Assembly: GCF_009914755.1 (NCBI RefSeq)
Contig: NC_060926.1
Reading direction: 5' to 3' (one strand)
DNA: 64,000 nucleotides
From: the human T2T-CHM13v2.0 reference genome, Homo sapiens
Part shown: positions 41,420-53,375 of the stretch, in pieces
How positions within the stretch are numbered: position 1 is the first letter of the stretch
Layout: every line of letters starts with the position of its first letter
Made by a program: the position numbers and the translations under genes
The notes under the pieces: model-generated
Seen by the model: only the letters and a program-made list of their open reading frames with translations
Told to the model about the DNA's origin: nothing
Databases searched by the model: none

Positions 41420-42000
41420 TCCACAGCTGTTGCCTTGGCCACATTACGTGGGCAGACTCAATAGCCCTAATTGTCTCCTGGTGTCCAAGCTTACTCCCAC
41501 CCTGGCGTCAGAGTGCTCTTGTCAACTCCTCTCTCTGCATTGCTTACAACCCTTTCATGTTGTTCCCATTGCTCAAGTGATAAAATCTAAAATGTTAAAC
41601 GATGACCCACTAGGCATTGATCAGCTCTTGTGGTATCACTGCATGTCACTCACTCTTCCCTCATTCTCTGGGAAGGCCACCCTGGCCTCAGTCCAGTAGG
41701 ACCTTTGTGTAAACTGTTTCTTCTGCCTGGATTATCTTTGCCAGTTAACTGACTTTGCTAATCAATTTCTCCTCATCTTTATAGCTCATGGGTCAGTTTT
41801 CCAGATGGGGTCAGATTCCTCTGTGATGGGCTCTGCAGCTGAGTGCCCCTCCCTCACAGCATCATCTCAGGGCGACATCATGTGGGATCTGCCCTACCAG
41901 AACGAGGCTGTACCTGCACCAGGCCCAGCATGGTGCCCCCAGCATTTAGCACACGGCCTGGTACATAGTAGTTACCCCATAGATAAACATTAAAGGAAGA
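41420..42000 (+). mobile_element. L2 3' fragment
   Basis: GGACCTTTGTGTAAACTGTTTCTTCTGCCTGG ... TAGCACACGGCCTGGTACATAGTAG. Confidence 0.7.
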
Positions 42001-42429
42001 AACGAGGGAAGGAGGAAGGGAGATCCAATAGCTCACTTGCTTTGGATAAATTTCCAGTTTCCACTAGAATCTTTTAATCAATGGCTATAATGTGAAATGC
42101 CCCATATTCAGGGTACTAGCACTCAGGTTGGAACCCCAGTTGCAGGCAGAGGGAGAGGGATCTGTCTCTCTCTGCTTCCACTGGTACCTTCCTTTTTATT
42201 ACTGCCATGAGTGGAGGGAGGTGATGCTGGTGCCTGTAGCAGTGTGCATTCTGTTCCTCTGATTGGGCACTGGCAGGGGTCAGGCAGAGCAATAATACAG
42301 AGTGCAATTTGACACAAGGATTATTAGTGGTGGCGGCACACATGAACAACGGTGGTAACACGGATAATAGGTTTGCTTTTTTCTCCTGCCGCAGAGAAGC
42401 TTAGAAATCATCCAGCCCAGGATGTCTGC

Positions 42430-42590
42430 AATTTCCTTATTCATCAGCATTTCCTGGGAATTTTGCTGAAATACAGATTCCCAGGTCCAATGCACACATT
42501 GATTCAATGAGTCTATGGAAATTCTAATTCAGTAGGCCCATGGAAGGACTTAAACCTCTGTTTTATTAAGTAGGTTAGGAACCACTGACC
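42430..42590. mobile_element. MER5-family fragment
   Basis: AAATACAGATTCCCAGGTCC ... TTAGGAACCACTG. Confidence 0.6.
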
Positions 42591-42712
42591 TAGAGCCCAG
42601 TCCCCTTATTTTACTGCATCTTTATTACAGCAGTTTTGAATATCATATAAACATGAACCTACCAATACAGGATTTTTTGTTTTGTTTTGTTTACTCTCAT
42701 TAAGAAGTCCTA

Positions 42713-43023
42713 GGCCAGGTTCAGTGGCTCGTGCCAGTAATTCCTGCACTTTGGGAGCCGAAGCAGGAGGATCACTTGAGATCAGGAGTTCAAGACCAGC
42801 TTGGGCAACATAGGGAGACCTTGTGTCTACAAATAATTAAAAAAAAATAGCCAGGGTTGGTGACATGTGCCTGTGGTCCCAGCTACTCAGGAGGCTGAGG
42901 TGGGAGGACCACTTGACCCCAGAAGGTTGAGGCTGCAGTGAGCCACGGTGGCACCACTGCTGTCCAGCCTAGGTGACAGAGTGTGACCCTATCTCAAAAA
43001 AAAAAAAAAAAAAAAAGAAAAAG
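42713..43023 (+). mobile_element. AluJ
   Basis: GGAGGATCACTTGAG, GGGCAACATAGGGAGACC, GAGGCTGCAGTGAGCC, GACCCTATCTC plus poly-A. Confidence 0.95.
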
Positions 43024-43372
43024 AAACCTTACATCTTTTTTTTCATATGACATCTAATTTTTTAAAGTGCTCTCACTTCTCTTATCTCATTTGATTCTCA
43101 TAAAAACCCTTTAAAGTCATTGGGACTACCTCCAGCCACCCTCTTGTAGCTTTTGTGGGCGCTGAGAGGGAAGGCGGCCCAGGGGAACAATTGTGGAGGC
43201 TACCGCAACATGTCAGTGGCACCTCTGGTTCCACAGCCTTCACACTTGTTTTCTTCTCTAGGAAATGCTTCTATTTAATTCTAGAATGCCACATACCTTA
43301 TTTCATACTTTATAATATTTAACTTCTGTATTAAACATCTGCAATTAGCCTTAACAAAAATGATTGATGGCC

Positions 43373-43468
43373 AGAAATTCTCTTGGGCGCCCCCTTCCTC
43401 TGCATGAGGAAGCTCTCTCTCTGTCTTCTTTTTTTTGTCTATTAAACCTTCTGTTCCTTAAAAAAAAA
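43373..43468 (+). mobile_element. Short L1-mobilised polyadenylated retrocopy, probably an ERV1 LTR R-region fragment
   Basis: ATTAAA (43441-43446), 13 nt, then A9; TSD AATGATTGATGGCC at 43359-43372 and 43470-43483. Confidence 0.8.
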
Positions 43469-44224
43469 GAATGATTGATGGCCTTTCCTCATTTTTAAAA
43501 GGAGTGCTTTACAGATACATGAAGGTAAGAAGCTGTTAGAGGAGCTTTTATGGCAGATGGTTCTTGGCAGCAATTGCTTTGCTTTTATGGCAGTCTGGAA
43601 ATTTTCCTGGGTAATAACTTTCTTTTCTTTTAACAGGCATAAAACAAAGAGGTTCTAGATAGTTGGATCATTATCAAATGATTTTCCGAAGACAACCATA
43701 AATTGTCAATAGCATTTAGGCAAAAACAAGAGTTGCCCACATCTGGAAATCCAATGCATAAATTTAAAAATTTTCCTCTTTTGTGGTTTATGATACTCAG
43801 CTACCCAAACTGTTATTCCTTAAAGAGCAATTAGAGTGGGGAACTGGGAGAAAGAGATTTGGGGAAAGTTATTCATGCAACTTCCCCAAGTGGTAATATT
43901 TCTCCTGTGAGCAGAGAAATTTACATTTGGTCTTGCTCTCTGCAAAGCTTCAGTTTTGGCTAAGGAGGCAGAAAATTTAAACTGTGAAAATTAGCACAGA
44001 GAGAAATTTGATGGGACTGAAAACAAAACATGCTATTCGTGTCCATTAATTCACTTAACCACTATTTTAAACCTCTGTTATATGATTATATACCAGGTTT
44101 TGTGCAAGGCACTGCAGATTAAGGTGCTAAAGAAGCAAATGTGGATCACGGCCTGACAGGAGAATGCCATTGGATAGAAGCCTCGTACTGTGCTGTATAA
44201 AGAAATCATCATCCAACTCACAAA

Positions 44225-44455
44225 TGCTGATTTATTGAGTGCTTACTTTATGCCAGGAACTGTGCCTTACACACATTAACTCACTTAACCCTTACGACAA
44301 CCCTGAGATGTAGACACCTTTATTAATTTCATTTTGTCACTAAGTGAGGCACGCAGAAGTTAAGTAACCTACCCAAGGTCACCCAGATAGTAAGCAGCAC
44401 CGGGATCGGAATCCGTCAGTCCAGTCTCTCAGACCACGCACTTGTATGGCAGGAT
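44225..44455 (-). mobile_element. MIR SINE
   Basis: TTTATTGAGTGCTTACTTTATGCCAGG ... GTTAAGTAACCTACCCAAGGTCAC. Confidence 0.88.
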
Positions 44456-44572
44456 TCTCCCTCAACAAATCCTTGCCGCATGAATGAATGGATGAAGTAA
44501 TTGCAAGTGTGCTGAGACTTTTCAAAGGGGAAGTACAATATGGCAGAGGGGTTTAATCCAGTTAAACCCCTC

Positions 44573-44640
44573 TCTGAGAAGGTGGCGTTTCTGAGAAGGT
44601 GGCGTTTCTGAGAAGGTGGCGTTTCTGAGAAGGTGGCATT
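44573..44640. repeat. 4 x 17-bp tandem repeat TCTGAGAAGGTGGCGTT in an L2 fragment
   Basis: Three identical units plus one with G>A. Confidence 0.97.
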
Positions 44641-46641
44641 TAAGCTGAGTCCCAGGATGGGACCATGGAAGGGAGTGGTAGAGCTTTGCAGAATGTGAAG
44701 GTCAGGAAGACAGCAGAGATCTTGAGCCAGCAGGAACCTTAAACCTTAAAGATCATCTAATATGATCTCATTTCATAGATGAGAAGATAGGGGCACAAAT
44801 GATGGTGCAGAAACCTGGGATGACTGGCTTTAGGAAAGGCCCTCAAGTGGCTAACTATAGTAAAAATGGAGAGATATATTTTTAAAAGCCCATTTACTCC
44901 GTTACACCATTAGGCTACAGCAGGGCTTTCTAACCTTTGTCACATCATGGCACACATAAAAAAAGGCACTATTTGGATGGTAAAAGGAGGTTAAAAGGAG
45001 ACAGCTATTTGTGGCTAGTGATGGCCACAAGGACTCTGGGTGCTCTAGGCCCCACTAGACGGATGCTGGGTACATCTGTGACCATTCCCAGTATGGAAAA
45101 CCCAGCACAGATGTATGTGAATGGCTCCCTGGCACCACACTTCTCTGCTTCCCTCTCCCACTTTGCTGTCCTCCTGCTCTCATCCCTTGCATCTTCAGTG
45201 TGTGGGTCCACACAGGCCCAACCTCACGGACACTGGAAAGCCTGGAATCCACACTTGGAAATCTCTTCTCCTCCCCAGCATAGCCTAGTGCTCCACACTG
45301 GCCTTTTTTCCTCCAACCCAACAAATGGCCATTCTGTCACCATTAACCTTTTTCTATTGGACAGAAACAACCCAATCACACTCACATTTACTTGTGAACG
45401 ATTTGCTCTCTATTCTCCTAAGACAATATAAGGGTTTATTTACCTTGTGAAGGAAGGGTTAGTTAACTAAAGGGAGTGAATATTAGAGCCACGGTGATGT
45501 TGCCTGGTAAAGAAGGCCTCCCTCCACTAATCCCACAAGGACACCTGGGAAACAAGTCCCTTTTCTCCAGCAATGTTAGAAGTGTACTGTCTCTCCTTTC
45601 AGCTATAAAGTGTGATATATTTCCATAAGCCCAGACTAGGTAAACTTTCTTATGTTTTTGTATCTGGGAGCTTATTAGTGGACACTAGGTTCTCTTAATT
45701 GCTGGATAGCAGCATAGGGAATGCTTAATGGTACATGGAGAAAAGATGTTGACAAGGTGAAATAGATCTGGCACCTTAGATGTATTTGCATGTAGATGAG
45801 AATGTCTGATTGAAGGTGTAGCCTGTTTGTTTTTATTAACAGTTCCAGGATGGGCAGAATCTTAGAGGTTACCTTCTGGTGGGAAGGAGAGAAGAATTGT
45901 GTCTAAGAGTCAAGGAAACCTAACTTAAGAACTTCAGAAGCAAGTAGTGAATTCAGTGGTGGACAGGTGGAGATTGCTTGCCTGGCTTATAAATTGTCCT
46001 CTGTGTATGTCTGTGTACATTGGTACTGGGCTAGAGGCTCCCACGGCACTCCATCTCCAACCTTTTTGCCTCTCTCAGCTTGATGTGATGGTGCCAATTT
46101 CTGACTGATAAAGACATGCCTGACCTTGCCTCTTTCTGTGCTTGGATTCGTCAAGTGGGAGACACACAACTCCTCCTTTTGGAGCATTCTCTGGTCAATT
46201 AAATGTTCGGGTGATGGCTACTTAGCACGAGTACGATTTATCTTAGCAGTGTGGACCTGGCCAACAGTTATCTCATCAGCAATTTGGGCAGTAAGGCCTT
46301 AGGTGGTGGTCAGGGCAGGTTAGCAATTAGTTAAGGATTCAGCCCGACTTCACTTACGTAATGTGGAGCATGAGATGTCTGCTGTGCCTGTCACACCTGA
46401 GCAAAGGGTACTGCAGCCTCAGTCACTCACCAAACAAGACTGCAATCTGAGGTTGTTAGTCACATTCTGGAGGCGGACCCCTAGTGGGGGTTTCTTAGCT
46501 GTTGCCTGGAAGAAAAGAAGAAATTTGGGCTTCACTTAGCAGATGCCACTGTTCTAGTTTCTAGGGAGTACTACCCAACTGGGACATTCAGATGTATCTT
46601 TAGATATATCTTTAACCTATATATATATATATTTTTTTTTT

Positions 46642-47274
46642 GAGGCAGACAGGAGTTTTATTATTAGTCAAATCAGTCTCCCTGAGCTTTTTAAGGACAG
46701 ACTTTTTAAGGACGACTTGGTGGGTATGGTGCAGGGAAGCCAGTGAGCTGCGAGTGCTGATTGGTCAGGTCAGAGATGAAATCATAGGGAGTTGAAGCAG
46801 TCTTATTGTGCTGAGTCAGTTCCTGGGTTGGGGGCACAAGATCGGATGAGCCAGTTTATTGATCTGGGTGTTGCCAGCTGATCCATCAAGTGCACGGTCT
46901 ACAAAATATCTCAAGGCACTCCTCTTAGGTTTTACTATAATGATTTTATCCCTAGGAGCAATTTGGGGAGGGTCCGAATCAGAATCTTGTAGCCTCCAGC
47001 TGCATAACTCCTAAACCATAATTTGAATCTTGTGGCTAATTTGTTAGTCCTACAAAGGCAGTCTAGTTCCCAGGCAAAACAAGGGGTTTGTTTAGGGAAA
47101 GGGCTGTTATCATCTTTGTTTCAAACTATGCACTATAAACTAAGTTCCTCCCAAAGTTAGTTTGGTCTATGCCCAGGAAGGAACAAGGACAGCTTGGAGA
47201 TTAGAAGCCAGTTGGAGCTGGTTAGGTCAGATCTCTTTCATTGTCTCAGTTATAATTTTGCAATGGCAGTTTCA
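46642..47274 (-). mobile_element. LTR8-family ERV1 3' LTR (U3-R only) ending in poly(A)
   Basis: Minus strand starts TGAAACTGCCATTGCAAAATTATAACTGAGACAATGAAAGAGATCTGACCTAACC after a polypurine tract; AATAAA (46657-46662), 15 nt, then A10 (46632-46641). Confidence 0.88.
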
Positions 47275-48724
47275 ATCCCTCCCTTTGGGTTTTATAACAC
47301 CTTAATCCTAAGGTGTTGGTTAATGGAGATGGGAAAAAGGTGAGGACCACTCTTCTTCCTGCTGACCCGTGGTGTAGTTGGGGTAGGTGTTGACCCCAAG
47401 GCGAGAGGAGTGGAACTGCTTTGCAACTGAACATATTCACGCAGGCCTGGTTGGGATTCCAAGGCTTGCATGACAAAGGCATTAGTATTGTCATCTATAG
47501 TTTTAGTACCGCCTTCAAGAGAACAACGTATTATAAGGTAAATAATGAGTACTAAGATAAGGAGTGCAATTCCCACTTTTAAAAGTGAAGATTTGAAAGC
47601 ATTAGTTTGGGGACTTGTAGTCCACAGAGAATTTAGGATTTAGTCCAAACTGCAGAAAAAAACTGAGAAACAACTAATAATAGGTGTACTATAGTTTTTT
47701 TGAAGCGTATTTTTTTGTCTCTCCAGTCCCCATTTTTATTAAGAATAAATCATGATAGGACTGATTTGTTTGCAAAATGAACTTTATTCTTGTTATACTT
47801 GGCCTGTTATTTGCATAAAGCACAGCAAGACTAATTATTAAATATTTTTACATAGGTTATTTTTAGTATTGGGTTTGCTGAAACTTTGTTTTATAAGGAA
47901 TCTCAGACTGTACTTTTTAAAAGCCTTGAAACCCAGTCACAAATTTATCTATGCCTGCAAGTACCTGTGAATTTCTCACCTTGAGGTCCCAAGATAACTT
48001 GGGGCTCCTGGGCCTGTCAGAAAGTGACATTCTTTACTTACCACAGGTCAGGAATCCTGTAGAGGGACTGGGTAGACAAGGTATGAGGCCACCTTTCTTG
48101 AGAGACTTTTATTGGCTCTATAAGTCAACTTTGATTCCTTAAAGAAAGCATGCCATTTTGGTCAAAGCCTTGGTAAAATAACAAGTTTCTCCAATTGTGT
48201 CCTGTTACAAAAAACAGATTCTTATTGCACTATGCTGCCATAAGTCGAGAATACTCACAAATCATTTCTAAATTCTGGAGAAATCAGGTAGAGAGAAAGC
48301 AATATGCTTCAAATTTTGTTCCCAGGAGTATACTTTACTCACTTTCTAAAAGTTGTAAATAATTCAAAAGAGTTAAGTTTTCTTGACTCTGGAAACAAGA
48401 GGATTATCGATGTTTAACACATCAGCTCTCCATGAGAGTCCTAGAAGTTTGTTTTCTTCCTCTATTCCAATAGCACAATTTTTAAAGATATCAGAGACCT
48501 GACTTCAAAGGTAGCTGTCAGAGTCCTATATCTGTTTACAAACTACCTTTTGAAAGGGATCAAAGCAAGACGAATTGTCTATGGATGACAAAAGTCTTAG
48601 GACAGCCACTATTAAAGATGACATATACCTAGGCACGTCAGAATTATAGGAATCTTACACAATTTTGTAACACATACTAATAACATATTTATATAAACAG
48701 AAGAAAGTTAAACATCATTTTGTA
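47275..48724 (-). mobile_element. ERV1 (MER4-group/HUERS-like) internal 3' region, 5'-truncated
   Basis: PPT ACCCAAAGGGAGGGAT next to the LTR; MER4-group-like internal sequence; TSD TTTAACCTATAT at 48725-48736 matching 46611-46622. Confidence 0.8.
47292..47576 (-). pseudogene. Env-like remnant (membrane anchor plus cytoplasmic tail)
   Basis: Hydrophobic GIALLILVLIIYLIIRC followed by a polar tail, stopping just before the PPT, where env TM ends in ERVs; start codon is GTG, not ATG. Confidence 0.5.
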
Positions 48725-48889
48725 TTTAACCTATATGTTCTTATGCAAAGGAATTATCTGTAATGAGACAACATCCCCATCGATCTTAACAAATACCTGT
48801 TATCTACCTGGGTGTGTGCATTTAGTCACTACTTTACTGTGTGTCCTTTCAAGTAATACAACGACCTCTAGAGTGGAAGAGTTTTGCTC

Positions 48890-49018
48890 CCTTCCTTTCT
48901 CCCTCCCTCCTTTCCTTCCCTTTCCCTCCTCCCCCTCCTACTCCTCTTTTTCCTCCCTTTCTCTTTTCCTACCTCCCTTCTTTTTTCCCTTTCTTTTTCT
49001 TTTTCTTTCTTTCTTTCA
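48890..49018. repeat. CT-rich polypyrimidine low-complexity tract
   Basis: Direct reading. Confidence 0.9.
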
Positions 49019-49246
49019 CCTTTCAATGTATCATAGCATAATCCTTTGTGTTCCGCTGTGTGAGTTTTCTAGCTTAAGAAACTTAGGGACAGTTAATCTT
49101 CGTGGTTCCTTGGGAAAGTAACAGCTAGTATCAGCTTTTGCATACAAATGGGAGAAGTAAAGCACTGACAAGGAAATGTCTTCTCCATACTTGATATACA
49201 TTAGGATGAGGTCTTTCATTTGTTGAATTTTAAAACAAATCTAGTA

Positions 49247-49540
49247 TGGTCACATGTCAGTTAATGACTGGGATATGTTCTGAGAAATGTGTCATTGGAC
49301 AATGTCATTGTGTGAACATCTTAGATTGTACTTACACAAACTTAGATGGTATAGCCTGCTACACACCTAGGCTATATGATATAGCCTACTGCTTCTAGGC
49401 TGCAAACTTGTACAGCATGTTACTGTATGAAATACTGTAGGCAATTGTTATACAATGGTAAGTATTTGTGCATCTAAACATAGAAAAGGTACAGTAAAAA
49501 TACAGTATTATAATCTTATGGGACCATCATTGTATAATAA
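49247..49540. mobile_element. Tigger3a (MER7A/Golem) with rearranged end
   Basis: GTTCTGAGAAATGTGTC ... CTTACACAAACTTAGATGGTATAGCCT ... AAAGGTACAGTAAAAATACAGTATTATAATCTTATGGGACC. Confidence 0.9.
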
Positions 49541-49694
49541 TCTTATAATGAGATCACCGTTGTATAATAATAGTCTTATACAGTATAATAATCTTAAAAG
49601 TGATCTGTTCACTTACAAGATCTGTTCAACAACAGATCACTTATAAGATTGTTATACTGTATTTTTGCTTGTACCTTTTGCATGCGTGGTAGAG

Positions 49695-50190
49695 ATATTG
49701 GCTATTTCTGTGTAATAAGACATTCGATAACTCAGGAGCTTAAAACATTTATTATAGTTACAATATAATGTAGTAGTTATTATGTTATTATATATTATTA
49801 TGTTATTGTTATAGCTCTGGAACCTGGGGGTTGGCTGTAGGCCTGCTGATCTTGGCTGGACTTGGCTGGGTGGCTCTGCTGATCTTGGCTGTATCACATG
49901 GTCCCACTAGGCTGGGCATGGCCAGATTTGTTCTGCTCTGTGCATCCTTCATCTTCCTCTTGGGCCAGCAGGTTAGCCTGGGCAAGCTCTTTGCAAGGTG
50001 GTAGCAGAGACCCAAGAGGACAAGCAACTTGCAAGGCATTTTAAGTCCCTGGCACACCATACCATCACATCTATTCCACTCTATTGGCCAAAGTGAGTCC
50101 CATGCTGAATAAAATGAAGAGTGCAAGGATGGGTCAAGAATTGGAACCTAGAATGCAATGCACCACGTCTAGTGGATGACAGATTCACAT
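49695..50190 (-). mobile_element. MLT1 (H/J-like) MaLR LTR
   Basis: GCTATTTCTGTGTAATAA...CTCAGGAGCTTAAAACATTTATT ... TATTGGCCAAAGTGAGTCCCATG. Confidence 0.75.
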
Positions 50191-52195
50191 AATAATATAT
50201 ATTTTTTCTTGGTGGGAGTGGTAAGGAATGAATATGGAGAGTGCAGGAATTAGGCAAAACAGATGTGATCCCAAGACCAACTTTACAGTTTGTTTTGTGT
50301 GCATGTGCATGCACACACACACAATGTTAAATAACAAAGAAATACAATCATTTTTAAAAACCCGGAAAACAAATACTCCTACTGTTATACTGGAATGTGT
50401 TTATCCCCCATTCTTCCACATATTGTCTGTGTTTTTATGCTTTAATTCTCATCTTAGCTTATTTACTCAATTAAAAAAGAGATTCAACCATGGAAAACTC
50501 CATCACTCATCACTCAGTAAGATTTGCTCTGGGAAGGGGTGCATATAATTTTGCAGACTCATTAACTATTCATTTTTTTAATTGCACATTCTGGATGCTG
50601 TTGGTTTATGTAAATGTTTCTTTGGCGTTAAAAGTGACCTTGTTTATTACCTCCTAGCCTAAAAGAAACTACTGCTTATTAAAGAATGAGAAGATAGGTC
50701 ACCTTTTAAGGTTTGCAGAAAAGGTTGTCACCAGATGAACTGGAAAGGTTTGACTCAATCAATACCAACTTTTGTCCTTTCAAGTCATGGAAGGAACATT
50801 TATTATAAAAACTGCAGGAACAGGCCCTTGCCCTAAATAAAATGATGTAAGTATTGGCCTACAGGCAAATTTGGAAAAACAACAACAAAAGTCTACCAAA
50901 GGACAGGATTAAGTGAAATTTCTTAAACAGATTTTTAAAACCGTTGTGAACTCCCTTTGTCTGTCTTGAGTAACTGTGTTACTGTTTAATGAGATTATTT
51001 TGATGTTTCCACCAGGTTTGAGTGCAATGTATAACAAAGTGTTCTTTCTATTCCCCTTTCCTCCCAAGGAAATGTCTTTCTGTTGGGCTAACAGTTGATA
51101 GCTGAATTATTATACCCAATTGTTCTGATTTATATATTCCAGGTCTGCCTGTAGGATTTTATATTCTGCCTGCCTTTGGGCTATGCTACACTGGGGAACC
51201 AGATCGACTTCCTTTTTTCTTTTGCCATCTCTAGCAAGTTAGTGGCACTGGCTGTGCTGATTCTCCATCTTTGCCCTCTCAAATGCTGCTCTCTGACTCC
51301 TGTCACTGAGATGTAGTAAAATGTTCTCTGTGGTATAAAGAAGGTAGTTCTAGGTTTGGCTCCCATGGGAATAGCCTATGATACTGGGAAAAATGCTTTC
51401 ATCCTCACAGTCTCAGTTTTCTTATTGCAAAACAAGAGAGTTAGATTAAGTAATCTCTTTCCAGCTCTAACATTCTTGGATTTTAAGTGCCCTCCAGTCT
51501 CTGCTGTGACTCGTTGATGCTGATTGACAACCTTAGGGAAGTGAGGAGACTTGCAAATACCCAGAGTTGGCTGGAAGCAGCATAGGGATAGCATGTGCAC
51601 TCCAGAGTCCAGGGCAGTGCCCATGCTCTCACTCATATCCCTCTTCACAAACTGTTCCCCTTGCTAGACCTTTAGTATACAAAATGTCTGCACTATGCAC
51701 TTTGGCACATGTACGTAGAGTACAATTTAGTGGGCTCCTTTCTTAACTTCAATTACCATTTTCTGAAGTGTTCATGAGCTCCTGGCAGATAGGACTATGG
51801 CTTTTCTTTCTTATTTTCATCTGACAGTAGTTTATTCAACAGCGAATGCCTACTATGTGCTAAGGTACTGCATTGCATGTTGGGGATGGATGCAGTGGTG
51901 ATTGAGAAAGATAGATGTGAGTTAGGGCAGAAGCTGGAAGTGAGTTTGATTTCCAAGATGGGCAAAACTTTGCCTGGGATCCAGTGTCAGGTTACTTTTG
52001 CTCTGGTTTCCTTCTAAGCCAACACATTAGAATAGCAGATATAAAGGAGATGAAGATGCAGGTTGGTGATGAAACTCCCCCAGGTCTCTCATGTAATTAT
52101 ATTGAGATATGTCAGAGGTTTGGTGGTCTTGGCAATCTATGTGGAGGGGGTGCTCTTTGAATTTTATAACTCCTGCTACTTTAACATCTGTAAAC

Positions 52196-52213
52196 TATAT
52201 ATATATATATCTA

Positions 52214-52244
<31 letters not shown>

Positions 52245-52425
52245 ATTTATATCTATATCTATCTATCTATATATCTATCTATATATATCTATATATATCT
52301 ATATCTATCTATCTATATATATATCTATATATATCTATATATATATCTATATATATACACACACATATGTGTGTATATACACATATATGTTATTTGCATG
52401 TACATATATATATGTATATATATAT
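52196..52425. repeat. (TA)n/(TATC)n compound microsatellite
   Basis: Direct reading; source of the 221-aa Ile/Tyr-rich spurious ORF. Confidence 0.96.
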
Positions 52426-53169
52426 CTCAATAATTTTGACACTCATTGAGGCATGTTACTCTAGGTCTAATGCCCAATCCCCATATTCTAGGCCTGGAAA
52501 AAAATCTTACTGTATCAGCACTAAGACAATCTCTCTTAGCCTAATTTCAAGACCAAAGGTTTTTAAACTTACATCCTCAAAGAACCTTCGTATAATCTCT
52601 TTCCATAGTCCTGGAGCTCACATGCTCTGTGATTGTCTAGTGTTGACTCAGAGTGACCTCAAGGAAAACCAGAACTCCCCAGTTAACCATTTGTTGTTTT
52701 TTCCCTCTAGGAGTGGACAAATTCAGATAATTTGTGTGTACTACTTAGTGTTAGGCTGTGAAATTTTTCTATGATTCGGCCATACTCCTTTCTCACAGGA
52801 AGAGGAGCTTAATTTCCCTCCTATTAAGGCTGATTTTCTCTGTGTGCTTCTACTTCCCATGTTGATTTATGGAACCTCATAAGGTTTGCTCTCTTGTATT
52901 TGTAGTTGAGGTCTTAATAAAAAATTAGATAACATCTGTCTGTCTTATTTTTTAATCTCTAAAATAAAGATAACCATCCCAATGGCATTAGATTCTTGTA
53001 AATATTTAGTGATACGATGCCTGTGAGAGAATTTAGCTCTATACAAGAGACTTAATATATGCTCAAGTGTTTGTCCTACCTGATTTAGTTATAAAGATAT
53101 TAAAAGACATACAAAGATGGAGAAGTCTAATAGTCCCATTCCTTATTATTACTTGTATTTTCATGTTAA

Positions 53170-53375
53170 AGGCTTAAGTGTTAAGGACTTGGAAGACAAA
53201 ATTCTTGAGTCCTGTTGCTTACTAACTTGGAAAATTTACTTTTGCTGGTTTCCTCATCTGTAAAATGGCATTGGTACTACTACTGATTCCCATAAAGTTG
53301 TTGAGAGGATGCAGTCACTTGTATAAAACACCCAGCACAGCACTAGTGTACAGTGGGCATAAATGTTAGCTACTG
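53170..53375 (+). mobile_element. MIR SINE
   Basis: GGTTTCCTCATCTGTAAAATGG ... GTTGTTGAGAGGAT ... AAATGTTAGCTA. Confidence 0.85.

Noticed and set aside
44573-44640. CRISPR-like direct repeats
   Set aside because: Head-to-tail units without spacers in primate DNA; a minisatellite
52063-52774. Longest ORF (221 aa)
   Set aside because: Open largely because it crosses the (TA)/(TATC) repeat
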